From an uncultured Chloroflexia bacterium (GTDB taxonomy: Bacteria > Chloroflexota > Anaerolineae > Promineifilales > UBA4811), in the NCBI GenBank assembly GCA_963707345.1, contig CAVPPE010000003.1, positions 440,426 to 504,425 on the forward strand: a stretch of 64,000 nucleotides of DNA, read 5' to 3'. A program made the translations under genes and the position numbers. The notes beneath the pieces were generated by a model. The model did not search any database. It saw only the letters and a program-made list of their open reading frames with translations, and was not told the DNA's origin. Shown piece by piece: positions 41,326 to 49,970 of the stretch; positions within the stretch are counted from its first letter, which is position 1, and every line of letters starts with the position of its first letter.

Positions 41326-42554
41326 TGCATACGACCCAAGTGATCAAGGTTGCCTGGGAAGGGATTACGGCCAACAAAGTTCGCTCGCTGCTCACCATGT
41401 TGGGGGTCATCATTGGCGTGGCGGCTGTGATCGTGATGATCGCCGTAAGCGCCGGGACCGAGGCCACCATCGCCGATCAGATCAACAGCCTGGGCGCCAA
41501 TCTGATCTTTATCACCGGCGGGTTCGGCCGGGGGCGCATGCCCGGCGGCCAGGAATCCGGTCCCAGTCTGGTTTACGATGACGCGCTGGCGATCCAGGAG
41601 TTGAACGGGGTGGTTAGCATTGCGGTGGAGCAGCCCAGCGCCCAGATGGTCAAGGCCGACAGTGCGGTGCTGGAGGATGTGTCGATCCTTGGCACAACGC
41701 CCGGCTTTCCATCGGTGCGCGACATGGAGGTCGCCAGCGGCCGGTTTTTCACCGAGACCGATCTGGAGCGCACGGCCAAGCTGGCAGTGCTGGGCGCGGG
41801 CCTAGCACAAGAGTTATTTGGTGACGAGTCCCCCGTTGGGCAGACCGTGACCGTCGGCTCGGTCAAGCTCACCGTCGTGGGTGTGCTGGCCGAGCGCGGC
41901 ATGGTGGGCAACGAGGATTACGATGCCCGCCTGTATGTCCCCATTACCCTGGTGTTCAAGTACTTTATCCCCAGCCAGTTTGCCCGCATGATGGGCGACA
42001 ACGTCCGGTTGGTTTACGTGGAAGTAGAAGATCAGGACTCTTTTGACAGCGTCATCCTGCAAATCCAGCTTTTGCTGGCTCGCCGCAAGGAAGTGGCGGT
42101 TGAAGAGTTGCCCTTTACCATCACCACCCAGTTGGATGTCATCGAGACGCAAGAGTCGACCACGGCCGCCTTTCGTTCGCTGCTGGCCTGGGTGGCGGCC
42201 GTATCGCTGATTGTGGGTGGCATTGGCATCATGAACATCATGCTGGTCAGCGTCACCGAGCGCACGCGCGAGATCGGCATCCGGCAAGCGGTAGGGGCAG
42301 CGCCCAATGATATCCGCCGCCAGTTTCTGACAGAGGCGCTGATGTTGAGCCTGGTTGGCGGGTTGATTGGCGTGGCGGCCGGCGTGGCTGGTTCGTGGGT
42401 GTTTGGCGCGACCAGTGACATGCGGACCGTGGTTGTACCGGCCTCCATCGTGCTGGCGTTTGGCTCGGCGGCCGCAGTTGGTATCTTTTTTGGCTTTTAC
42501 CCCGCCAACAAGGCGGCGCAGTTGGACCCGATTGAGGCCTTGAGGCACGAATAG
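41322..42554 (+). CDS. MacB-family ABC permease
   Basis: [45 protein letters not shown]. Confidence 0.95.
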   Translation: MMHTTQVIKVAWEGITANKVRSLLTMLGVIIGVAAVIVMIAVSAGTEATIADQINSLGANLIFITGGFGRGRMPGGQESGPSLVYDDALAIQELNGVVSIAVEQPSAQMVKADSAVLEDVSILGTTPGFPSVRDMEVASGRFFTETDLERTAKLAVLGAGLAQELFGDESPVGQTVTVGSVKLTVVGVLAERGMVGNEDYDARLYVPITLVFKYFIPSQFARMMGDNVRLVYVEVEDQDSFDSVILQIQLLLARRKEVAVEELPFTITTQLDVIETQESTTAAFRSLLAWVAAVSLIVGGIGIMNIMLVSVTERTREIGIRQAVGAAPNDIRRQFLTEALMLSLVGGLIGVAAGVAGSWVFGATSDMRTVVVPASIVLAFGSAAAVGIFFGFYPANKAAQLDPIEALRHE

Positions 42555-42568
42555 TGAGGAAGATGGCG

Positions 42569-43534
42569 ATGAAAACTAGGACGATTCTACTGAGTAGTTT
42601 GGCACTGGTCTTGCTGCTGGCGGCCTGCGGTGGGGCGGCCGGAACGGGAGATGAAAATGGAGTTGGCGGCGCAAGCGCCGTCAAGCAAGTAAGCTTGAGC
42701 GAAGACGATGACGACGCGCTGCCGGTGGATGCCCAGTTGGCGCTGGGCTCGCTCAAGCTGGAAGCTGAATTGGCAGTCGATGAGGCGCAAGCGGGCCAGT
42801 TGCTGCCCCTGTGGCAGGGCTACCAATCCTTGCTCAACAGCGACAAAGCGGCCGAGGCCGAACTGAGCGCTTTGCTCAAGCAAATACAGGGTGTCATGAC
42901 CCCCGACCAGGTTGAGGCCATCGCCGGCATGCAATTGACGAATGAAGATCTGACCAGCTATGTGCAGGAACAAGGCGGTGGTTTTCGGCTCGGTGGGATG
43001 ATGGGGCAAACCGCGCGCGAAGATAGCGGAGGTTTACCTGGTGGTGGCTTCCCGGGTGGTGGAGTGCCGGGCGGCGGTGTCCCGGGGAGTGGCGTCCCAG
43101 GAGGTGGCTTTCCAGGTGGCGGACAAGGGAATGCCGGCAACGCGGACGCCCGTGCCACGCGAATGGCCGAGATGGGCGTGGAAGGCACGATGGCGCAGTT
43201 CATGAACCGCGCTATGGTAGGGCTGCTGATTACCGAGCTACAGATCACGACTGGTGAATTGGATGCTGATGAACTGCGGATTGCCGGCCTGATGCGGAGG
43301 GCCTGGACCGTCATCAGCGAGACCACCGGTATCCCCATGGAAACCTTGCGGGCGGAGGCGGCCGGAGGTGCAACGTTCGCGGAGATCATCGCTGCCCAAG
43401 GCGGTGACCTGGAGGTGGTCAAGGCGGCTTTGCGGGAAGCTTTCAGCCAGATGCCCTCCATGGAGGGTCAGGACCTGGAACAGAGTGTTTCCGATGTGCT
43501 GAATACGCCGCTCTCTACTGGGGACAGCCAGTAG
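42569..43534 (+). CDS. Lipoprotein with PGGG repeats
   Basis: Lipobox LAAC; (PGGG[F/V])n tract near 43030-43120. Confidence 0.8.
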   Translation: MKTRTILLSSLALVLLLAACGGAAGTGDENGVGGASAVKQVSLSEDDDDALPVDAQLALGSLKLEAELAVDEAQAGQLLPLWQGYQSLLNSDKAAEAELSALLKQIQGVMTPDQVEAIAGMQLTNEDLTSYVQEQGGGFRLGGMMGQTAREDSGGLPGGGFPGGGVPGGGVPGSGVPGGGFPGGGQGNAGNADARATRMAEMGVEGTMAQFMNRAMVGLLITELQITTGELDADELRIAGLMRRAWTVISETTGIPMETLRAEAAGGATFAEIIAAQGGDLEVVKAALREAFSQMPSMEGQDLEQSVSDVLNTPLSTGDSQ

Positions 43535-43632
43535 CACCGCCAGACCTCGCAATTGAAACTCCGTTGTGGGCCTTTGCTGGGCCGCAATAGGGTTTTTGCG
43601 TTTCGGCCGGGATGGATGCGAGCGCCGGTCAG

Positions 43633-44301
43633 CTACTCGCCAACCCGGGCCATCTCGATGGCTTGCCGGATGGACGAGACGGCAAAGATTAGGAAGAGCA
43701 GCGCAGCAATGGCACCAATGATCAGGTCGTACACCGCAACTGTCCCAAACCCCAAGGTTACGTTGATCTGGCGGCCGAAAAACATGATGGTGTTGATGAT
43801 AATCAAAATGACCCGAACCTCGGTTGGCCCAAACTTGCCGTAGGAAATCTGAAATACGCCATCCACGTACGTGCGGATGTAGACCAGCACGGACAACAAC
43901 AGGTAGCCGATCAACGCCAGGCAGGCCACCTCGAACTTGACAAAGGGGGTCAAACCCAGACCCAGGACCACCAGCACCTCGGCAAACGCGTCCACGATGT
44001 GGTCTACAAAAAAGCCATACTTGGGGCGTTCGATTTTACGATAGCGGGCCAACGTGCCGTCCAGGCTGTCCCCAAACCAATTGATGACAAAACCCAGGCT
44101 CGCCAGCCAGAGGAAAGCCAGGTTGACGTTACTGAGCAGATAGCTGGCAAAGATAATGACCGCGCCAGCGATGCCGATGCCGGTCAGGATGTCGGGGTTG
44201 ACCCAGGGGGGCATGTGGGCCGCCAGCCACCGGAGCGCCGGCCGCTCCAATGGCCCTAGCAAGATGTCGTTTACGCGTTTGTGGGGCTTGACGTTCGCCA
44301 T
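43633..44301 (-). CDS. CDP-alcohol phosphatidyltransferase family protein
   Basis: DSLDGTLAR...GFFVDHIVD motif; AAGGAG RBS before ATG 44301. Confidence 0.9.
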   Translation of the reverse strand: MANVKPHKRVNDILLGPLERPALRWLAAHMPPWVNPDILTGIGIAGAVIIFASYLLSNVNLAFLWLASLGFVINWFGDSLDGTLARYRKIERPKYGFFVDHIVDAFAEVLVVLGLGLTPFVKFEVACLALIGYLLLSVLVYIRTYVDGVFQISYGKFGPTEVRVILIIINTIMFFGRQINVTLGFGTVAVYDLIIGAIAALLFLIFAVSSIRQAIEMARVGE

Positions 44302-44364
44302 CAAATCTCTCCTTGTTGGGACCGAATCTGGTCTGCCAAGTATACTCGCCCCGGTGCCAGGCGC

Positions 44365-44408
44365 AAAACGGCCGCCCCGATTCGCGTGCTCAGAACGGCC
44401 GTTTTTTC
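44365..44408. terminator. Probable terminator
   Basis: AAAACGGCCG...CGGCCGTTTTTT. Confidence 0.5.
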
Positions 44409-44414
44409 GGCTGG

Positions 44415-45188
44415 TTATTGTTGCTGCTCGCCAGCGGCCAGCCGTGCGATGAAAGCGGCCGTCTGCTGCCAGACCAGTTCCCGCTCGCCGTCGCACAAGA
44501 TGTTGTGCCCCGAGTCGTGCAGCGTGACCAACTCTTTGTCCGACGAGCCAATTTGCTGGATGACGTGTGGCCCGCTCTTGTAGCGGATCGAGTTGTCCCC
44601 AGTGCTCATCACCACCAGCGCTGGAGCGGTGATGGAAGGCAGCAGCTTGCGCACGCGCTTGTTGAACAGGTTGACCTGATGGGCCGCCCGGCCGGGGATG
44701 GCGTCGTAGCACCATATCCGGCCGCCGGCCGCGGGATCGACCAGATCGGCATCCAGGTCCTTGGTGCGGATGGTGAGAGGAATGATGGTAGCAATCCAGC
44801 TCAGGCTCATCAGCCGGTCGGCAAAAAAGATGGCCGGCGAGTAGAGGGCGATGCCATCGACGGGATGGGCGGCCGCCAGGTTGAGCGTCAGCAGAGATCC
44901 CAGCGAGAGGCCGGCGACAAAGACCTGCTTGCACCGGCCGGCCAGCTCCCGGTATGTCTGCTCCACGGCTGCTACCCACTCAGGCCAGGTGCGGCCGGCC
45001 AGATCCTCCACTGACGTCCCGTGTCCCGGCAGCAGTAGCCCGGAAACGGTGTGGTTCTGGGCTGCCAGAAACTCGCCCAGCGGCCGCATTTCGGTTGGCG
45101 CGCCGGTAAAGCCGTGAATCAGCAGGACCCCCACCGGGCCGCCGGCGAAAAAGAACGGACTTGGATCGAGCCAGGAATGTTGTGTCAT
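44415..45188 (-). CDS. Carboxylesterase/monoacylglycerol lipase (YvaK/Est30-like)
   Basis: LLIHGFTG, LPGHGT, GLSLG, SGH. Confidence 0.88.
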   Translation of the reverse strand: MTQHSWLDPSPFFFAGGPVGVLLIHGFTGAPTEMRPLGEFLAAQNHTVSGLLLPGHGTSVEDLAGRTWPEWVAAVEQTYRELAGRCKQVFVAGLSLGSLLTLNLAAAHPVDGIALYSPAIFFADRLMSLSWIATIIPLTIRTKDLDADLVDPAAGGRIWCYDAIPGRAAHQVNLFNKRVRKLLPSITAPALVVMSTGDNSIRYKSGPHVIQQIGSSDKELVTLHDSGHNILCDGERELVWQQTAAFIARLAAGEQQQ

Positions 45189-45224
45189 TTTTTACCTATT
45201 TTGGGGCGCTCGGCTGAACGTCCC

Positions 45225-47885
45225 TTACAAAGCTTCCAATCTTTCCGCCAACGTAGCGCGCGTGGCTTGCAGTTCGGCCAGCTTGTCTTGCTCGCGTTGG
45301 ACCACCTCGGCCGGGGCGCGCTGGGCAAACGGACCGGCCAGCAGCCCTTCGCTGCGGGTGATCTGCTGATCGAGTTCGGCCAACTCCTTCCCCAGCCGGG
45401 CGCGTTCCTCGCCCAGGTCCACCATGCCAGCCAGCGGCAGGTAACAGATCACCTCGCCAAAGGCCAGCGTGATGGCCTTGTCCGGTGCCGTCATGGCGGG
45501 CGCAATGGTGAGCGTGTCAGCACTGAGACGCGCCAGCCGGACCAGCAGATCGCGTTGCTGTTCCAGCATGGCTGCCTGCCGGCCGCCAGCAATCAGCGCC
45601 GTAATCCACCTACCCGGCTCCACATTGCTCTCGGCGCGGGCGTTGCGGATGCTGCGGATGAGTTCCATCAGCAGGTTGAAATCGGCCTCGGCGTCCTCGT
45701 CGGGCTGCCCGGTCGTTTCCGGCCAGCGGGCGATGATGAGCGCCTCCGGCCAGCCACCGGCCGGTTCTAGCTCTGGTCGGCCGGCACACGCTTGCTTCAG
45801 GTTCTGCCAGATCTCCTCGGTCACAAATGGGATGAATGGGTGGAGCATGCGCAGGACTTGATCCAGCACCGTCACCAGGGTCTTGCCGGCCGCCAGCGCT
45901 GAACGATCCCTTTGGGGCAGGGGCAGTTTGCTGGCTTCAATGTACCAGTCCGCGTACTCGCTCCAGAAAAAGTCGTACAGTTGCCGGCCGGCCTCGCCGA
46001 ACTGGTAGCCGGCAAACAGGCGATTCACCGCGGCCGTCACCTTGTTGAGCCGGCTGGTTATCCAACGATCAGCCAACCCGTAGGCTGGATCGCCGCCAGC
46101 CGGCACCTGGTCTAGCGACCCGATGATGAACCGCGCCGCGTTCCACAGCTTGTTGGTGAAATTACGGCTGTTCTCCAGCCGGCCGGGGTTCAGATTCATG
46201 TCGTTTCCGGGCGTGCTGGAGGTCAGCAAGGCAAAGCGCAGCGCGTCGGTTCCGTACTGATCCATCAGTTCCAGCGGGTCCATCGCATTGCCCAGACTCT
46301 TGGATACCTTGCGGCCGTGCTCGTCACGGATTAGCCCGTGCAGGTAGACCGTGTGGAACGGGATCTTGTTGGTGAACAGCAGACTGTCCATAATCATCCG
46401 CGCCACCCAGAAAAAGAGGATGTCGTAGGCGGTCTCCATGACGTCGGTGGGGAAGAAGCGCCGCAGGTCGGGGGTGTCATCCGGCCAACCCAGGGTGCTA
46501 AAGGGCCACAGCGCCGAGCTGAACCAGGTGTCCAACACATCTTCCTCTTGCTTGATTTGACTGTTGCCACAATGAGCGCAGCGGTCCGGGTCGGTGCGGG
46601 GCACAGTCATCCGGCCGCATTGATCGCAGTACCACACCGGGATGCGGTGGCCCCACCAGAGCTGGCGGCTGATGCACCAGTCACGGATATTTTCCAGCCA
46701 GTTGTAGTACACTTTGGTGAACCGGTCGGGCACGATGGTGATCCGGCCGGCGCGCACTGCCTCCAGCCCCAGTTCGGCCAGCGGTTTCATTTTGACGAAC
46801 CATTGGGTGGAGATCATCGGTTCCACGATCTCGCCGCCGCGCTGGCTGCGGGGGATGGACATCGGGTAGTCCTCTTCGCGGATGGTAAGCCCGACCGTCT
46901 TCATATCTTCCCACAGTGCCTCGCGGCACTCGAAGCGGTCCAGCCCCGCATAGGGTCCGGCGTTGGCGTTCATAGTGGCGTCCGGGCCGAGCACGTTGAG
47001 GATCTGCAGCCCGTGGCGCTGGCCGATCTCAAAGTCGTGCGGGTCGTGCCCCGGCGTGATCTTGAGCGCCCCGGTGCCAAACTCCATGTCCACGTAGGTG
47101 TCCTGGATGATGGGGATTGGCCGGTTGAGGATCGGCACCAGGCAGGTTTCGCCGTGCAGGTGGCGGTAGCGCTCGTCGGCGGGGTGGATGGCCACGGCCG
47201 TGTCGCCCAGGATGGTCTCCGGCCGGGTAGTGGCCACCGGGATGGACTCGCCCTTGCGGCCGGCGATGGGATACTTGAAGTAATAGAGCTTGCCCATCTC
47301 GTCCGAGTATTCCACTTCCAGGTCGCTGACGGCCGTGCGCAGCCCAGGCGACCAGTTGATGAGGTACTCGCCACGGTAAATGAGCCCCATCTCGTACAGG
47401 CGTACAAAGGCCTCCCGCACTGCCCGGCTCAAGCCATCGTCCAGCGTAAAGCGCTCGCGATCCCAGTCGCAGGATGCGCCCAGCCGCTCGTGCTGGCGGG
47501 TGATCCGGCTGCCGTACTCTTCCTTCCATTGCCAGGTGCGGCGCAGGAACGCCTCCCGGCCGATCGCCTCCCGGCTGGTGCCCTCTTTTTGCAGAGCCTG
47601 CTCCACCACCAGTTGGGTGGCAATCCCGGCGTGGTCGGAGCCGGGCACCCAGAGGGCGGCAAAGCCCCGCATCCGGTGGTAGCGGATCATCAGGTCCTCC
47701 ACCGAAGCGGTAATGGCGTGGCCGGTGTGCAGCGCGCCGGTCACGTTGGGCGGCGGCATGGAGATGACAAACGGCTTGGCAGCCGGCCCGGCCGCTTCCG
47801 GCTTGAACCAGCCATTCTCCCGCCACCAGTTGTAAAGCCGTTCCTCGGTGGCTTCAAAGTCGTAGGTTTTCGGCATCTCGGTCAT
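45225..47885 (-). CDS. valS: Valine--tRNA ligase
   Basis: PPPNVTGALHTGH, DWCISRQLWWGH, KVSKS, C-terminal coiled coil. Confidence 0.98.
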   Translation of the reverse strand: MTEMPKTYDFEATEERLYNWWRENGWFKPEAAGPAAKPFVISMPPPNVTGALHTGHAITASVEDLMIRYHRMRGFAALWVPGSDHAGIATQLVVEQALQKEGTSREAIGREAFLRRTWQWKEEYGSRITRQHERLGASCDWDRERFTLDDGLSRAVREAFVRLYEMGLIYRGEYLINWSPGLRTAVSDLEVEYSDEMGKLYYFKYPIAGRKGESIPVATTRPETILGDTAVAIHPADERYRHLHGETCLVPILNRPIPIIQDTYVDMEFGTGALKITPGHDPHDFEIGQRHGLQILNVLGPDATMNANAGPYAGLDRFECREALWEDMKTVGLTIREEDYPMSIPRSQRGGEIVEPMISTQWFVKMKPLAELGLEAVRAGRITIVPDRFTKVYYNWLENIRDWCISRQLWWGHRIPVWYCDQCGRMTVPRTDPDRCAHCGNSQIKQEEDVLDTWFSSALWPFSTLGWPDDTPDLRRFFPTDVMETAYDILFFWVARMIMDSLLFTNKIPFHTVYLHGLIRDEHGRKVSKSLGNAMDPLELMDQYGTDALRFALLTSSTPGNDMNLNPGRLENSRNFTNKLWNAARFIIGSLDQVPAGGDPAYGLADRWITSRLNKVTAAVNRLFAGYQFGEAGRQLYDFFWSEYADWYIEASKLPLPQRDRSALAAGKTLVTVLDQVLRMLHPFIPFVTEEIWQNLKQACAGRPELEPAGGWPEALIIARWPETTGQPDEDAEADFNLLMELIRSIRNARAESNVEPGRWITALIAGGRQAAMLEQQRDLLVRLARLSADTLTIAPAMTAPDKAITLAFGEVICYLPLAGMVDLGEERARLGKELAELDQQITRSEGLLAGPFAQRAPAEVVQREQDKLAELQATRATLAERLEAL

Positions 47886-48010
47886 AGTTGTCTTCTTTCC
47901 TCTCCGAATTGGTGGTCATTGCTTTTCTCTGTCTGGTGTCGGCCGGCGACGACCGGCCGGCAACGTTGGACATCAACTCCTGAAACCCCGTCTGCAACAG
48001 TGACAGGCAC
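47882..48010 (-). CDS. Putative Val-rich small ORF coupled to valS (42 aa)
   Basis: AGGAGG 8 nt before GTG; MPVTVADGVSGVDVQRCRPVV...; stop overlaps the valS start (ATGA). Confidence 0.35.
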   Translation of the reverse strand: MPVTVADGVSGVDVQRCRPVVAGRHQTEKSNDHQFGEERRQL

Positions 48011-48028
48011 GGTCATCACCTCCTTCTT

Positions 48029-48391
48029 CTAGCACGTGATGTGAAACAACCCAATCACTTTGCCGCGCAGTTCGTTCCAGGCCTCGGCCGCGGCCGGCGT
48101 TGGCTGGATCTCGACTTGCACGCCCTTCTGCCGGAAGAACCCGGCCGCCTCGTCAGACAACTCGACCAGGCCAATCTGGCCACTGCCGATCAAGAGCCGT
48201 TCCGCACCTTTTTCATATACGTACTCCGCCTCCGGCAGCGAGACGATGTGCGAGGTGCCGTACAATTCCTTGGAAAGCTTTTTCTTGCGCTTGCGCACCC
48301 TGCCGTCCAACCCAATCAGGATATCGTGAGCGTATTCCTCACCTTCCACGGTGATGGAGCCAAAGCTGGTTTTGCTGATCTCTGGTCTCAT
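48029..48391 (-). CDS. Mth938-like (DUF498) protein
   Basis: FGSITVEG, GTSH, LLIGSGQ, PTPAA, GLFHITC terminus. Confidence 0.88.
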   Translation of the reverse strand: MRPEISKTSFGSITVEGEEYAHDILIGLDGRVRKRKKKLSKELYGTSHIVSLPEAEYVYEKGAERLLIGSGQIGLVELSDEAAGFFRQKGVQVEIQPTPAAAEAWNELRGKVIGLFHITC

Positions 48392-48445
48392 CTCAATAAC
48401 CTTCTCACACGGAGTTTGATCAACTGCCTGGTTGAGTGGTCGCCA

Positions 48446-48700
48446 CAAAACAAAAAACCCTGGCGTCACAAGGACGAAAGGGTTCCTTCCGTGGTACCAC
48501 CTTGTTTCGGCCGGCACACAGCCGCACCGCACTCGGGGAGACGTTAACGGGCCTCAAGCGGCCGTGCTTGTCCAGGCTGTCCGGTTCAGCACAGCAACTC
48601 CCAAGCGACCTTCAACAGGGGGCGCTGTAAGGGCTTGCAGCCGGTGACCCTTTTCTCTGCTGCAGGGCCTGACCTGTTTACTCCTCTTGATCGTCGTCTT
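48446..48700 (-). ncRNA. T-box riboswitch, valine specifier
   Basis: AGTA, AGAGA and GCTG stem I motifs; specifier GTC (48609-48607); T-box AAGGTGGTACCACGG (48503-48489); terminator with T-tract. Confidence 0.92.
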
Positions 48701-48719
48701 TGCTTGTTAAATTGTCAGG

Positions 48720-48792
48720 CGTCCTTGGCGCGATTCGAACGCGCGGCCTTTGCCTCCGCAGGGCAACGCTCTATCCACTGAGCTACAAGGAC
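48720..48792 (-). tRNA. tRNA-Arg(GCG)
   Basis: Cloverleaf; anticodon arm TTGCC-CTGCGGA-GGCAA; T-loop GTTCGAATC. Confidence 0.92.
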
Positions 48793-48795
48793 GCG

Positions 48796-48885
48796 TGGCG
48801 GGGAGGTAGGGATTCGAACCCTAGGTGGCTTTTACACCACAACCACTTAGCAGGCGGCCCCGATCGTCCACTCCGGCACCTCCCC
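48796..48885 (-). tRNA. tRNA-Ser(GCT)
   Basis: Anticodon loop CT-GCT-AA, long variable arm, encoded CCA. Confidence 0.95.
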
Positions 48886-48894
48886 AAGTATGTT

Positions 48895-49022
48895 GCAACT
48901 GCTCAACTCAAGGTCCTGGGTAGGGTGAGATGGTGGGTGTGCGGGCGTCGGACATCCCGCGTACAGCGGGGCGAAGCGCCCGCACACCCACCGAAAAATC
49001 TTCACGCTGCCTGAGCAGTTAC
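48895..49022 (-). repeat. Dispersed TIR/hairpin repeat, copy D (128 bp, 24-nt insertion in the hairpin)
   Basis: Minus strand GTAACTGCTCAGGCAGCGTGAAGATTTTT...TTGAGCAGTTGC; lies between two tRNA-Ser genes. Confidence 0.88.
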
Positions 49023-49034
49023 CAATTGTTAAGG

Positions 49035-49117
49035 CGGAGGGAGAGGGATTCGAACCCCCGAAGCTTGCGCTTGCCGGTTTTCAAGACCGGTGCCATAGTC
49101 CACTCGGCCATCCCTCC
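49035..49117 (-). tRNA. tRNA-Ser(TGA)
   Basis: Anticodon arm CCGGT-CTTGAAA-ACCGG, long variable arm. Confidence 0.95.
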
Positions 49118-49148
49118 GGGAAGGGGGAACCTCTCCCCAAGCGCGAAA

Positions 49149-49177
49149 AGTATAACACAGCCAAATAGGGGCGTCAA
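49149..49177 (-). promoter_or_regulatory. Sigma70 promoter of the tRNA cluster
   Basis: TTGACG-17 bp-TATACT with TG extension. Confidence 0.8.
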
Positions 49178-49247
49178 TGTCGCGCCGTGACCCCCAAAAC
49201 GCACCTGGCATTGTCCGATCTCGTGTGCCGAGTTCAAGCCCAACTGT

Positions 49248-49276
49248 TTGACGGGGTATAGGCGTGACAGTATAAT
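49248..49276 (+). promoter_or_regulatory. Sigma70 promoter of maf (probably leaderless)
   Basis: TTGACG-17 bp-TATAAT; ATG 7 nt downstream. Confidence 0.8.
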
Positions 49277-49283
49277 TCAACCA

Positions 49284-49970
49284 ATGATTCAGTCAGCAAG
49301 CATTGAGCGGCCGCTGGTGTTGGCCTCTGCGTCGCCCCGCCGCCGGGAGTTGATGGGATTGCTTGGGATGGCCTTTAGCGCCCGGGTTGCCCAGGTGGAG
49401 GAGCAGATCCATTCCCAGGAGATGGCACTGGAGGCGGCGCAACGTTTTGCGCGACAGAAAGCGGCGGCCGTAGCACAGAAAATGAATCCGGCGAGTTATG
49501 CCTTGGTGATTGGCGCGGACACGATTGTTGCCCTGGATGGCGAGCCACTGGGCAAGCCGCGCGACGCGGCCGAGGCAGAGGTGATGCTGCGCAAACTCCG
49601 CGGCCGGAAGCACCAGGTCTTTACTGCTTTGTCGCTGGTCTCTGTCCCGACTGGGCAGAGCTGGCACCATTTGGCAGAGACCGATGTCCCGATGCGCGAC
49701 TATTCCGATGAAGAGATCTATTTGTACGTCCGCAGTGGAGACCCGTTTGACAAGGCGGGCGCATATGCCATTCAGAATCACGATTTCCGGCCGGTGACCA
49801 ACATGCAAGGTTGTTACGCCAACGTTATGGGGCTGCCGTTATGCCACCTCACCGTCCTGTTGCGTCAGCAGGGGGTTGAGCCGCTGGTGGACGTACCGCA
49901 GGCTTGCCAGGAGCGGCTGGCCTATCGTTGCCCAGTCTATGCCCGTGTGCTGGCAGGGGAACCGGCATGA
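49284..49970 (+). CDS. maf: Maf family nucleoside triphosphate pyrophosphatase
   Basis: LVLASASPRRREL, GADTIV, DKAGAYAIQ, NVMGLP. Confidence 0.95.
   Translation: MIQSASIERPLVLASASPRRRELMGLLGMAFSARVAQVEEQIHSQEMALEAAQRFARQKAAAVAQKMNPASYALVIGADTIVALDGEPLGKPRDAAEAEVMLRKLRGRKHQVFTALSLVSVPTGQSWHHLAETDVPMRDYSDEEIYLYVRSGDPFDKAGAYAIQNHDFRPVTNMQGCYANVMGLPLCHLTVLLRQQGVEPLVDVPQACQERLAYRCPVYARVLAGEPA

Noticed and set aside
43030-43125. PGGG tandem tract as a DNA repeat element
   Set aside because: Codons vary between units, so it is a protein low-complexity linker.
43633-44979. 448-aa version of the phosphatidyltransferase
   Set aside because: The extension overlaps the esterase in another frame; the RBS supports a start at 44301.
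49035-49117. tRNA with TGA anticodon as tRNA-Sec
   Set aside because: selC has anticodon TCA and an 8-bp acceptor stem; this is an ordinary tRNA-Ser(TGA).
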